From NCBI RefSeq assembly GCF_963853765.1, contig NC_088855.1:59644001-59708000 (forward strand): a DNA stretch of 64,000 bases, given 5' to 3'. Positions 14,589 through 26,421 of this stretch are shown one piece after another. Under the pieces are notes generated by a model. The model did not search any database. It saw only the letters and a list, made by a program, of their open reading frames with translations, and was not told the DNA's origin. How positions within the stretch are numbered: position 1 is the stretch's first letter; each line of letters starts with the position of its first letter. Source of the DNA: Magallana gigas. Lineage: Eukaryota. A program made the translations under genes and the position numbers.

Positions 14589-15241
14589 TTATAATTTTCC
14601 CAAAGTGTTATCCGAAATCGTACCAACTGTGTTACCTTTCATTGTGGTATTTTTGACTGTAAAGAAATTTTTTTCAATTCATCACACCATCTTTTAATTG
14701 ATATTAATTCTTCAGACCATGCATAATGTTTAAAATTTTAGGAATTTACATACTACAGTAATTACAAAGTTATGAGAAAAAATGTTGTTACCTGCGCTGT
14801 AACCAGGGCAAAGTCCATATACTTTGTCGCAGGTCTTGTTGCACTCTAATGGACATTTCATGTGACATCGTTGTCCGTAAAATCCATCGGGACAGAGTTT
14901 GCTACAATTTTCTCCAACTCTTCCAGGACCACATGCTTCCGAAAAACAATGATTTATCAGAAAAAAATTCAGAAAGTAATCCATTCATAAAATGCAAAAT
15001 CTTCAAAACATATTATACCTATGCAACGATCTCCTATAAGGATAAAGTTTGTACAGCATACGCCTACTCTGAAACAAGAGACAAATGTTAAAAATGACAA
15101 ATAAAACCATTTGGTCAGATCTTAGTTCTTATATCGTCTCACCTGACCTTACCCACACATGTTCGGATCCACGGTAACAGAGCTGGAACACACATAAACA
15201 GAAATTGTCAGTAAAGCGATTACATATACACTATCGTCCAT
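14589..15241 (-). CDS. EGF-like protein copy B, close paralog of the 5-prime half of A, no TM exon (probably secreted, ~116 aa)
   Basis: Exons 15241-15153, 15068-15019, 14935-14792 and putative terminal exon 14656-14589 (VKNTTMKGNTVGTISDNTLGKL*); the last exon is uncertain because an internal GT could make it a 21-nt micro-exon. Confidence 0.65.
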
Positions 15242-16699
15242 ATTCTTTGAATATCGTGTGTTCGTTGTTGACAACTTCCCGGTCTGCTTAGAATAAAATG
15301 TTTTGAGGGGTTAAGAGCAGGAAAAACTATCAATGACAATCTCCGTATTTCAGTGATCGCTATGAGCTAATAAGCAAATATTTATTAAATAACATTCGCA
15401 TGAAATTAGTAAAATGATATCAATAATTGTGTATTATTGAAAGATTTTGATTAACCTGGGGTCGTTGTTCTTTTTATAGTTGTTTATAGATTCTAATCAT
15501 TTGATTCATTCAGAAGGGAACTTTCTTTTGTCAGGTTTTTGTTTTCTATGCTTTTTGGAACAGGCATGTTGCAATAGTCGGTGGCTATTTTCCAATTTAA
15601 TGTTTCGAATCTTTTTTCAATTTTGAAGTCTTCAACATATTTATTAGCAGGTAGTTGTATTATTGTGATTATTCTGATTATTCAGGATGCATTATTTTTG
15701 TCATTTTTACACTTTATGTACTTTGAATAAATGATAGAATGATCAGAAAAGTATATGTATATGAGCGAGAGCGAATGACCTGTATTATTTTAAATGAATA
15801 TTGTAAAACAATTAAAGCAGTTCAATAAGTTTTGAATAAAGTATCAATTTATAACGTGCATATATTTCAAGCATAATGTGTATATGAAATTCCAGAAGAG
15901 GTAGTGTGTGCAAAACTACTCCAATTAATAAATTATTTGTGCATTGAAATATCTTTTTCCACATTTAAAAATACCACACCATACAAAATTAAACCTATTT
16001 TAGAAGTCTGAACGTAAAACCTCATTGGAGGTAGGGTGTATATTGACTTTTTTATTTAAAAATTCATTAATTAATCATTTTAACTTCTAAAATAATTAAC
16101 TTTACTACCCCGGGTATTGAAAAATGTTTAAGCATAATTTTTTTTTTATTTTGCATATTTGATTTTTTTACAGGTCAATTTTTGATACCCAGAATATAAC
16201 AATGAGGTCAATGAAAATTAAAAATGGGCTTATGTTATCCATTCAGCAACCTGAAAATAAAAAGGGAAAAATTCTTGACACCCTATTACACATTACAAAT
16301 CACTTTCAGATATACCCGTGAAAATAGTTGGTCTCTGCAGGCAATGAATTTCAAAAAATTACATTAAATGATCATATATTGAACCAAAAAGAAGATACTG
16401 AAGTAATTAGAACATTTCATTTTAAAACTTTATCGATTATTGTGATAAAGATATGTAAAACAAATTTAACGTTTATATGTTTTCCTTATGAATATTTACT
16501 ACTTCAACTAAACTTTTGATTATGTTTTTCACAGCTTTGTTACTACATTTCTTTTGGAATCTCTACATATTCCACGTACAATATAAATGCAAGCATCTCT
16601 ACTATTATATCAAAATATACTCGAAATTTTGGGCTTTAATACCGTAAGTGTGTACCTTTTAGTAAGTGTGAAAAAGGACACATTGAGTGAAATAACATG

Positions 16700-17880
16700 C
16701 ATATAAACACAAACAAAAGAAGAAAAGCAAATAAAAAATATAACATGCACACCAACTTATAAGTGATAGTTCTAAATTTAAAGATTTTCCAATATTTGAT
16801 TATATTATACACAAGCAACAGCATGTACATAATATTAAGCATGTACATATTTTTATTTATGTGAGAAAAAAAGGAGGGAAAGAAAAAAAGCTAATGGGGC
16901 AATGGTTGCATTGCATTATATTTGTTTATCAGGGTTAAGATATTGATTATTTTAAAAAGCATAATACATTTTGTTAACAAGTAGTTAAGGATATAGAAGA
17001 AACTTGCTCAATTCTCCAATTGCTCTTGAATTTTTCAAATTCACAATTCTTTAAATGTAAATATTTTTCCACAAGAAGACTGATTTAGTTTTCCTTTTAA
17101 GTTCCAACACATTTAAAGTAGGTATATAAGTGAGAATATACTGTTTTACAATATAGCTTAACAGGTTTTGTACTTTATACATACTGTGATTTTTAAGAGT
17201 CACCAAAAAGTATGTTTTGCTTATCAAACATTAGAGACACCGTGTAGTTTCTTCAATGCCACTCCATAGTTCTTTTACAAATGGGCAATCTACAAAAATA
17301 TGACTCTCGAAAGCGAGATTAGTCAAGAGCGAGGTTAACATAAGCCTTTTGGCTTGTTTCTCAATCTTCTTTGTAGCGTTATTGTAATATGTATGATGCA
17401 ATTAAGAAATAAATATTGTTTAAACTAAAAATATGACTGTTTCAGAATCTTATTTACAAAAAGAGCATTTAGGAGAGTCAATAAGTTTGAGCTTATGTAA
17501 ATAATAATTTGTTGGTAATATCCTGTGTACAATTTGGAAATATAACCAATGGAATTTAGATTTTTAAATTGTCTTAAAAGGACGTTTAAATATTTTAAAC
17601 CAATAATTCTCATTAAAATATAGTGTCATATTCGCTTCTTATTTAAAAATTGCTTTATTTTGGACCTTCTTTTCCCTTATCAAAACGTTTTAAATATCTT
17701 TAGACCCTTTTCTATTTTTGTAGAATATGGCTTGTGTGTTTGAGATATATGTTCCAACTGTTGGTTTAATTTCTTTTACATTGCATTCACCTATTTGTTT
17801 TAATATACTCTTTTTTAGACCATTATATTCAACAAAATTAGGGGTTTTTTTATTTGAGCTTCTAATGTTTTCCATTTTTA
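16700..17880 (-). mobile_element. Degenerate L1/Tx1-type LINE ORF2 3-prime fragment
   Basis: HIFVDCPFVKELW zf-RVT-like motif at about 17255-17310; segment absent from the paralogous region downstream of copy D. Confidence 0.6.
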
Positions 17881-18449
17881 ACAGAGATATTTTTTTATTT
17901 TAATGTTCATAAAAACAAATACCCAAGATAAGACTTTTTGATCTACACATTGGCTTGAAATTTATTTTGGAGATACCGAAAACAATTAAAAGAAACAGAA
18001 TTGTAACTCCTTTGCAAACTTGCATTATAAATACTGAAAAATAACCACCCAATTTGACATACATTACAGATCTTTAATTACTTTAATAACGATTTCATGT
18101 AGCAATGATACAAATTTAAAATAGTGGTATTACTAAGTTTATCTATGTTTATCTATATGAACAATTTAAAAACCTTTTTTATATAGGATTTCACAATTTC
18201 TTTATTTGTTATTATCAAAGTATTGTGAAAAAGTTTCAAACTTGAACGTAAAGTTGGTTGAATTTTAATGTAGCAAAGTTTATACATTTACCCTATAACA
18301 ATTGCGTTTTCCAGTTTATATGAATTGTCCCTGTAATAGGCACTTAATATAACGAAGCAGTTGACGTCTTTATAAGATGTCTTGATCTTACTTTTTCTTG
18401 AATTTCTGCCGAGCATGGAAAAGAAAACTTTCGAAATCAAGTATACTTT

Positions 18450-21400
18450 TTAGAGCCAAATGCTTCCATACGCTTCGTTTGGTCTTCGCATTGATTGCTG
18501 CTCTGGTTGAGACGTCTTTGGTAGATCAGAGATTTGGACTTTGCTACATATCTCATTGCTATCTTCAAATTCATCACTATCAAACATGTCATCACTATCA
18601 TCATTATAATCTTCATGTGACGTCATTTCCTTGGATACAACATTTTTTCGAGTTTGACTGTTGCGCTTTTTGACTTTGCTATATTGAACTTGTTCTTGTG
18701 GCACTGATTTGTTGTTTTCAAGAACCAGAGGAGGTGGTTGCACGCTCGTTGAATGTTGGATTGAAGCTTCATCATTTTCATAAATAATGCCGTTAGACTC
18801 TTGGGGATTCTGATCTGCTGAATGGTCTATAAATGATACAAATATACTGATATAAATTTTTATTAGTTGATACTTTGCACATGTGAATGGTATATAAAAA
18901 ACATATTTTGATTGTGAATCCTATTGAGGGTGTTTTAAATCAATCATAACTTGTTCAGAACCAATCTCCGTTGATTGCCGTATACCCTTCACATAATTAG
19001 GTATGTATATCAAATGTTGATGTAAGAGGTAAACAAAAATACTTCGTATTCTATGTCCAATTTGAAAATATGGATAACAAAAAGATTCTATGAACTTGAT
19101 AATAGTCCTTGACCAAAACTTCACCAATTCTATCTTTAAACCAAAATTTAAATAATTTAATTAAAGCTATAAGACTTATTGATTATTTAATCATATACAA
19201 CTGCATGTTAGGAACCAAATTTAAAAACAAACAAAGGATTGTATGTCAAAATTAAAAATTTGATTAGGCATAGAAAAATGAAATGTACCGATGACTTGTC
19301 CTTTGTCCTTTGTACTGAAAAAGGATAAATGCAATAATTATATATGATTTTCCTAACATTGCTTAAAATTTTATGACTGATNNNNNNNNNNNNNNNNNNN
19401 NNNNNNNNNNNNNNNNNNNNNNNNNNNNNNNNNNNNNNNNNNNNNNNNNNNNNNNNNNNNNNNNNNNNNNNNNNNNNNNNNNNNNNNNNNNNNNNNNNNN
19501 NNNNNNNNNNNNNNNNNNNNNNNNNNNNNNNNNNNNNNNNNNNNNNNNNNNNNNNNNNNNNNNNNNNNNNNNNNNNNNNNNNNNNNNNNNNNNNNNNNNN
19601 NNNNNNNNNNNNNNNNNNNNNNNNNNNNNNNNNNNNNNNNNNNNNNNNNNNNNNNNNNNNNNNNNNNNNNNNNNNNNNNNNNNNNNNNNNNNNNNNNNNN
19701 NNNNNNNNNNNNNNNNNNNNNNNNNNNNNNNNNNNNNNNNNNNNNNNNNNNNNNNNNNNNNNNNNNNNNNNNNNNNNNNNNNNNNNNNNNNNNNNNNNNN
19801 NNNNNNNNNNNNNNNNNNNNNNNNNNNNNNNNNNNNNNNNNNNNNNNNNNNNNNNNNNGGTAGGTATTGAAAAATAGATAGATTACGTACCAAATCTTAT
19901 AAAAAATAACAGCCCACACACAAGAACAGAGGACAAATATTGATGATGTTCCAATTAATAACCAGATGTTTCTTTCCACAAATTTTATAATCTGATCCTC
20001 CAGATCGGTATTCAAACCTATAATAAGAAATAAGTAAAATAAATTAAAAATATTAAAACCAAGCATAAAAATGCAGAAAGTCGGCCACCAGTCTCATCTT
20101 TGTGTTTAAACGTTACTAATCGAATTTGCCTTTAGGTTAGACCATTTGGCCATAAACTACCTGATAGTAAAACAAAAATCTCTTTATTTTGAATTTGAAC
20201 ATTTTAATATTGATATAGAGTTTTTTTCATCACACGGATAAAAACATTGTCTTAAATGACCAAGACCATCCACCCTTCTTTATTTAGCTATTATGTTTTT
20301 TCCTGCTTAATGTGATCGGAAACAAAAATGAATTAAAGAACGGTTTGTACAAAAATGGTTTTACAAAACGGTTAAGGTTGGTTACTTAGTGTCTATGTCT
20401 AGCGGATATAGTCCGTAGAAGTTAAGGCAAATATAGATGCTAATACACTCTAAAGTGTCGTCATTTCCCTTTTGGTATACGTGGTTGTATAAGGATGCCA
20501 GCAAATTACTCATAAAACAGTGACATCCTGAAATATTCACGTATTGTGTGATAAAATAAAACTCTTAAAGTAATATGAGCTGGGTTTTTTATAATTTTAT
20601 TTTAGTGCAAAAACCTGTTAGTATAACAAGTCTGCATGTAACTTGAACTTTTATGATAAATAAGATATTTCCCTTCTAAGGGATATATAGCAAATCTATT
20701 TTTGTACAGGACAACAATAATACAATTTTGATTCAATTTAGGCTCCTTAACGCCTTTTCCCACAAAAAATAACATTTTCGTAAAACAAATTTCAACATGA
20801 AAATTGCAGCTCATATTGCTTCAAATGGTTCATGTTTAATCTGTTTACTCTGAACTAACATTTCCACAGAATGTGTTTTTAAACATTTAATTGTCATATT
20901 TATTTATGTTTGAAATATATAAAATCATTTTACATGTTTTGACATGTTATGAAAACAAATCAGCTGGTTCCGTTTCTTTCCATTTACCTTGACATCTTCC
21001 TGATATTTTGTCACATGTTGTGTTGCACTGTGACGGACACTGCTCCTTACACAAACGCCCATATAATCCATCAGCACAGATTTTAAAACAATTTGTTCCA
21101 TACCACCCTGGAGGACACTCTGATAAAATCAAAGAATCTATGCTCTAAGAATAATTACAGGAAATTCAAAATAATGTTACATATCTAATGTTTTGGGTAA
21201 CATCCTAAGTACGAGGATGAGAAATACCTATACAGCGTTCCCTATGAGGTTTATAACTTGTACAGCAAACATCCCTGTAAATAAAACACAACTAAAATCA
21301 AAATGTCAGGTAAAAAAATTGAGTTAATCATGGTAATCTGACAAACCCACCCAGTGACTTACCCACATTTATGCGGGTCAACAGTGACAGTCGCAGTGGC

Positions 21401-21457
21401 GAGAAAAACATGAACTCCAATTAATAACAACATCGACACGTTTAAATTGTTTTCCAT
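18450..21457 (-). CDS. EGF-like type-I membrane receptor, copy C (267 aa)
   Basis: Exons 21457-21363, 21274-21228, 21119-20988, 20017-19891 (TM), 19314-19289, 18826-18450; 804 nt in frame; tail has IYEN, VQYSKV and AYGSIWL; an assembly gap lies in one intron. Confidence 0.8.
19382..19858. other. Assembly gap (N run)
   Basis: N characters. Confidence 1.
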
Positions 21458-22556
21458 ATTCTACGTTTGTGAGTAATATGTTGCTTGACAACTTCATTAA
21501 CTTATCCTGATGCGAGTTTGTGGTTTTACACTAAAAGGAAATGAAATCAAGTTTCCTCCTCGATAAGTATTTCTATGAAGTGTGAAAACATAGGCATGAA
21601 ATTAAATTCATATTTGTGTGATTATTGTGTTTGTAACAATATAGTTTAATTCTTAAAATGAAAGGATATTAATTCAAAACATCTGCATCTTAAAATTATC
21701 AATACGATATATGCCTGGTCTTGATAATTAGAGGGTAACAGTCAAACTACTTGTTTTTCCTTTTGCTTAGAAAAGACGGTCGTGTGTCCTCGTTACAGGG
21801 GTAAAACATGGCATAATACCGTTAGAAGAAGAAAAACAATACGAAGATGAAAATAGACTGTTTGCAACAAACTGTATTCACTCAACATTATTATTGTATC
21901 ATTCAGACGAAAACTTCTATGATGCTATGGTTTGGGATAAAAAAAATTAGTATAAGATTTAATTCTATACATACATGTAGAGCTTGTGTTTGTCTTGTTT
22001 GAAATCAATTTCAATAGATGAGTTTAAACGATATTTTATTACTAATACATCTATCTCTCACATCATAAGTTGCTTTTGCCACAATATGATTATTTATTGA
22101 GACCTAAATACTTTCATTACAAAACATAAAATTATAAAAGTATTTTACTTATCATTGAACATTTTTCAAACACACCATGGATTATTTCAGAGAAAAGTTA
22201 ACGTTCGTTTCTTGTAACAAACACAGCATTGTCTATTTAAGCGATGTCCGGGATTGCTTCAAGGAAGAACCAGCCTGGACTGATAATGCAAAACCTTAGT
22301 CGGTTACCAGCTAGGAATGAATTGTGCATATTTTCATGAGTCGCATTATTACATGTAGGTCACTCGTGCATAACAAAATACATGAATTGACACTAAAAAA
22401 AAAATTAAAAATGTAAAGTAGCATGGTATACTTTTTCATTTCAACGTTGAGCATTGATAATCCTAAGCATTATATGAGATATCTAAACCAATTCTAACAG
22501 TCGTCTTGGGTCTGGACAGAGGAATCAAATGTTACAGGTTTTTGTGGTTTTTGTCT

Positions 22557-22782
22557 TACTGTGGAATCATTTTAATTCGTGGGGGTCAATGTTTGTGGGT
22601 AACCCAAATTTTCTTGGCTCGTGGAGACGTCATTTCGTTGTAAGTATAATCATGATAAATTTAATAAATATTTTTTAAAAAATGATTGAGTATATGTTCA
22701 TGGGGATGTAAATTCGTGAACAAGGTTTACCCACGAAAACCACGAACATTGGTCCCCCACGAACAATGATGATTCCATAGTA
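22557..22782. mobile_element. Tc1/mariner-type MITE family (tactgtggaatc...gattccacagta)
   Basis: TIRs with TA ends; relatives at about 37060-37281 (left end lost), 40728-40950, 42493-42714 and 50401-50622. Confidence 0.75.
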
Positions 22783-23109
22783 TACTTATGTTTGGACTTT
22801 GTGTGACATTTATTCGGAGTCAATCAATATCGGATTCAAATATTTTGAGAACATCCATACATTGAAAATTTAAGTTAAAAGGTTTAGACCCTTGTCTATG
22901 TTAAATACGTGTTGCGTACCTTATCAAGACATGTGAGCATAATAGATGAACATATACCCTGATTGATTCTACTTTTGAATCGATTATATTGTAAACTTTG
23001 GAGGTGTTTTTAATTAAAATTGAATGTAGCTCACATAATTATAACCGGGACTTTGAGAAGCTTTAGATCATCTTTAAGAAACAAATAAAAAGCTAGCATA
23101 TTTCATAAG

Positions 23110-23470
23110 GAGATCGCTAGAGTTTACTCCATAGAAACCATCATCACAAGTCTCGCTACAGTCTACTCCATAGAAACCATCATCACAAGCCTCTCTAGTC
23201 TACTCCATAGAAACCATCATCACAAGTCTCGTTACAGCTTACTCCATAGAAACCATCATCACAAGCCTCCCTAGTCTACTCCATAGAAACCATCATCACA
23301 AGTCTCGCTACAGTCTACTCCATAGAAACCATCATCACAAGCCTCCCAAGTCTACTCCATAGAAACCATCATCACAAGCCTCCCTACAGTCTACTCCATA
23401 GAAACCATCATCACAAAGATCGCTAAAGTCTACTTCATAGAAATCATCTTAACAAAGATCGCTACAGTTT
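23110..23470 (-). repeat. Minisatellite of ~10 units alternating 39 and 37 bp, derived from EGF coding sequence
   Basis: actccatag anchors at 23126, 23165, 23202, 23241, 23278, 23317, 23354, 23393 and 23432 (variant); the 39-mer translates as TCDDGFYGVDCSE on the minus strand. Confidence 0.85.
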
Positions 23471-23819
23471 AATCCACAGGTTCCCCGGGCACACTTTTTA
23501 TGGAAAACTATAAAATCATTTATTATATTATGGTTATGTGATTAGACAGTACTATATTTTATCATGCTATGTATGTCTTAATATTATACCTATACATCGG
23601 TTTCCTATAAGAATATAGTTTGAACAGCAAATACCATTTCTGAAACATGCGATAGGGTAAGATAATGAAATCTGACATATCACACTTTCTTTGAGAATTG
23701 TATCGTTATAAAAAAATTGTTGCAGTTACTTACCAACACATATTTGGATCCACAAAGACATTCCTCAAAAACTCCTGAACAAAAACTAAAAATACTGACA
23801 TCTGTATAGAGTCGTCCAT
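23110..23819 (-). pseudogene. EGF-family pseudogene, copy G
   Basis: Signal exon 23819-23734 ends TG and joins the CC exon (23639-23590) to form TGA; the EGF exon lost its acceptor and is expanded into a minisatellite with stops and frameshifts. Confidence 0.75.
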
Positions 23820-24557
23820 TATCCTTTTTCTATTCAAATTCCGATAATATGTTGATGAAAACTCCCCGGTATCATATGTTCCAATGAGAAAAAAATAGTT
23901 CGTATCTGTCGGGAAATCAACCGATAACTTTTCCTTTTTTAAAATAAAATGAATCAATCTGGGGTACTTAAAATCAAATTAATTACATATAATGATATAA
24001 TAAGTCATAATGCATATAAATTTTAAAGTAATTTAGTTAATATCGTGGTACCGTACACAGTTGATATGAATAAAAAGCTACAAAACTAAAATATTTCTAA
24101 CAATTATTTTTTACAACAAATCGTTATTGTTGCATAGTATGTTGAGTAAAAACTTTGCAAAAATGTGTAATGATAGTTTCTGCAATATCTAGCATCCTTC
24201 CATGCATTTAGTTGCTCGATGGAAATGCGTTGTTGATCTATTAATTGTTGTGAATGAATATAATCCTCCTTTAGAGAGTATGAAATAACGAATAATTGGA
24301 TCCTTCTGAAAATCCTTAATTGTTTACTGTGTTGGTTCAATTGGTTTTGTGTAACAAACGGTCCACAAATCTTGAAGATCACCCGAGTACCAAAGCCCTT
24401 AGTTTGACATGTCAGAGTCTCGTGTTTGCATTTTAAGCTTCATACTGAAGGCTAAACCCTAATATGAGACTCCTCTGATTGTTACACCACTTTTTATTCT
24501 TTGATTTTTGAAAAATATTTATTCATTAAAATGTTGGGGGGGGGGGGGGGTGGGGGT

Positions 24558-25460
24558 CACAAGAGTCAGAGGAAACTCGGATTATATATTCCTTAGCTCC
24601 AAGGGGCCAAAAATTGTAAGCTTTTGGTAATAAAAGAACTGCAGGAATTTAATAGCCTATCTGAAAAATATTCACATTTACATTTAAAATGCTCACATAA
24701 TGCATGCAACTTTTTTTACAATAATATTAAAATAGATTTCCTAAAATAGAACAAATATCTAATTCAATATTATCTAGTGACAATTTGCCATATTGTTTTA
24801 AAAATGAAGAAAAATTGTTATCGATGACCAACATCAATAACCATAAATAAAGATAAATGTTCAAAAATTTATTAATCAATCATAATCATGATCAATCATA
24901 ATTACATCCCCCCTTACCAATGCCTCGACTTCTATCCAATGGCCTGAAGAGTGAATATCACTACTTAACATCAGGACATTAACAAAGAACACAATAACAA
25001 TACATGACTTTATTTCAAACGACTGTGATACTTCAGAACAAAATATAAAATCAATACATTTTCACTACATGGTTATATTGTCTCCTCCCTAGGGCCTGAA
25101 TCCCTGACCCTGAGATCATAAATTTCAAAATTTTGGTAGAGGACTTCATGGGCATGATAACAATGCGTTTAATTTTTTTCGACACATGTGGGACTAGAGA
25201 ATTTTTTTTTGAAAATTGGGCTGTTTACATATTTAACCCCGCCTATGGCGTCCTGTAGATTGTAGAGCCATGAATTTCACAATTTAAATTCCTCTTACCA
25301 TAGAGACGCTTCACCCAAAAGAATTGGTAAGCATTTGCCATGTAGTTTTTAATAAGAAGTGAAAATTGTTAAATGCACGGCGGACGATGTACATGATGCA
25401 CGATGACGGACGAGAACCGATTGCAATAGGTCACCTGAGTGACTTGGGTGACCTAAAAAA
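24558..25460 (+). mobile_element. Probable non-autonomous Helentron (HINE)
   Basis: 3-prime ggtcacctgagtgacttgggtgacc hairpin/subTIR preceded by a gacg/gatg microsatellite-like tract; 5-prime end uncertain. Confidence 0.5.
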
Positions 25461-26421
25461 TGGTTTTACCACTTTGTTTTTATTTTGACATGATATTTGT
25501 CTAGCACATTAAAAAAGAAAAAAAATCAATGTTTGAATTATTTGCAAATTCTGAAAATTAAATGGGAATTCTTGAGACCTTGTTGTACATCACATATCAC
25601 CATCAAATAGATTCGTGAATATGTTTGGTTTCTGGGCATAATGAATTTCAAGAAATTATATTAAATGATCATACAATGAAGAAAAAGGAAGATACTGATG
25701 TAAATAGAATCTTTGATATTAAAACTTTATCAATAATTGTGACAAAGATATGTGAAACAAACTTTATGTTTATATATTCTCCTTATGAATATTTACTATT
25801 TTAACTGATATTTAATTATGTTTTCATCAAGAAACATGTTTCCATGTTTATCATTTGTTTCTTGTAGCGAGATAGTCATATTTCAATGTCCATAAAAACA
25901 TATACCTAAGACAAGACTTTGTATCGTACACATTGGCCTAAGATCCATTTTAAAGATACCGAATTCAATTTAAAGTAACATAATTAGAACTCCTCATTAA
26001 ACTTGCATATGATTGTAAATACCAAGAAGTAAGGTACAGATTTATAATTACTTTGATAATTATTCCATGTAGCAATAATACAAAGACCAATAAAAGAAGT
26101 GGTGTAGTTAAGTTTTGGATAACTATTAAACTCATTTAAAAATCTTTGTAATGTAGGATTTCACAATTATCTTCATTTTGTTTTTATTAAATTATTGGTT
26201 AAACAATCTCTAAAAGTTCAAGAAAAAAGTTGAACGTAAAATTTGTTGAATTTCTGATAAAGCAAGGTTTGATACATTTACTCTAAAATTGCGTTTTCTA
26301 ATCTATATGAATTGTCCTTGCCATAGACACTTAACAGCAGTTGATGGCTTTTTCAGATGCCTTGATTTCACTTTTTCTTGGCAAGCATGGAAAAGAAAAG
26401 TTTTCAAATCAGGTGTACTTC

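Noticed and set aside
16035-16290. Small element with tagggtgt/acacccta ends
   Set aside because: 8-bp inverted match without a TSD; insufficient support
19363-20066. Long ORF-track ORFs here and at 28242-28692
   Set aside because: Artefacts of translating through N gaps; only the TM exons are real
23110-23470. CRISPR-like array
   Set aside because: Units are contiguous with no unique spacers, the context is eukaryotic, and the repeat is EGF-exon derived
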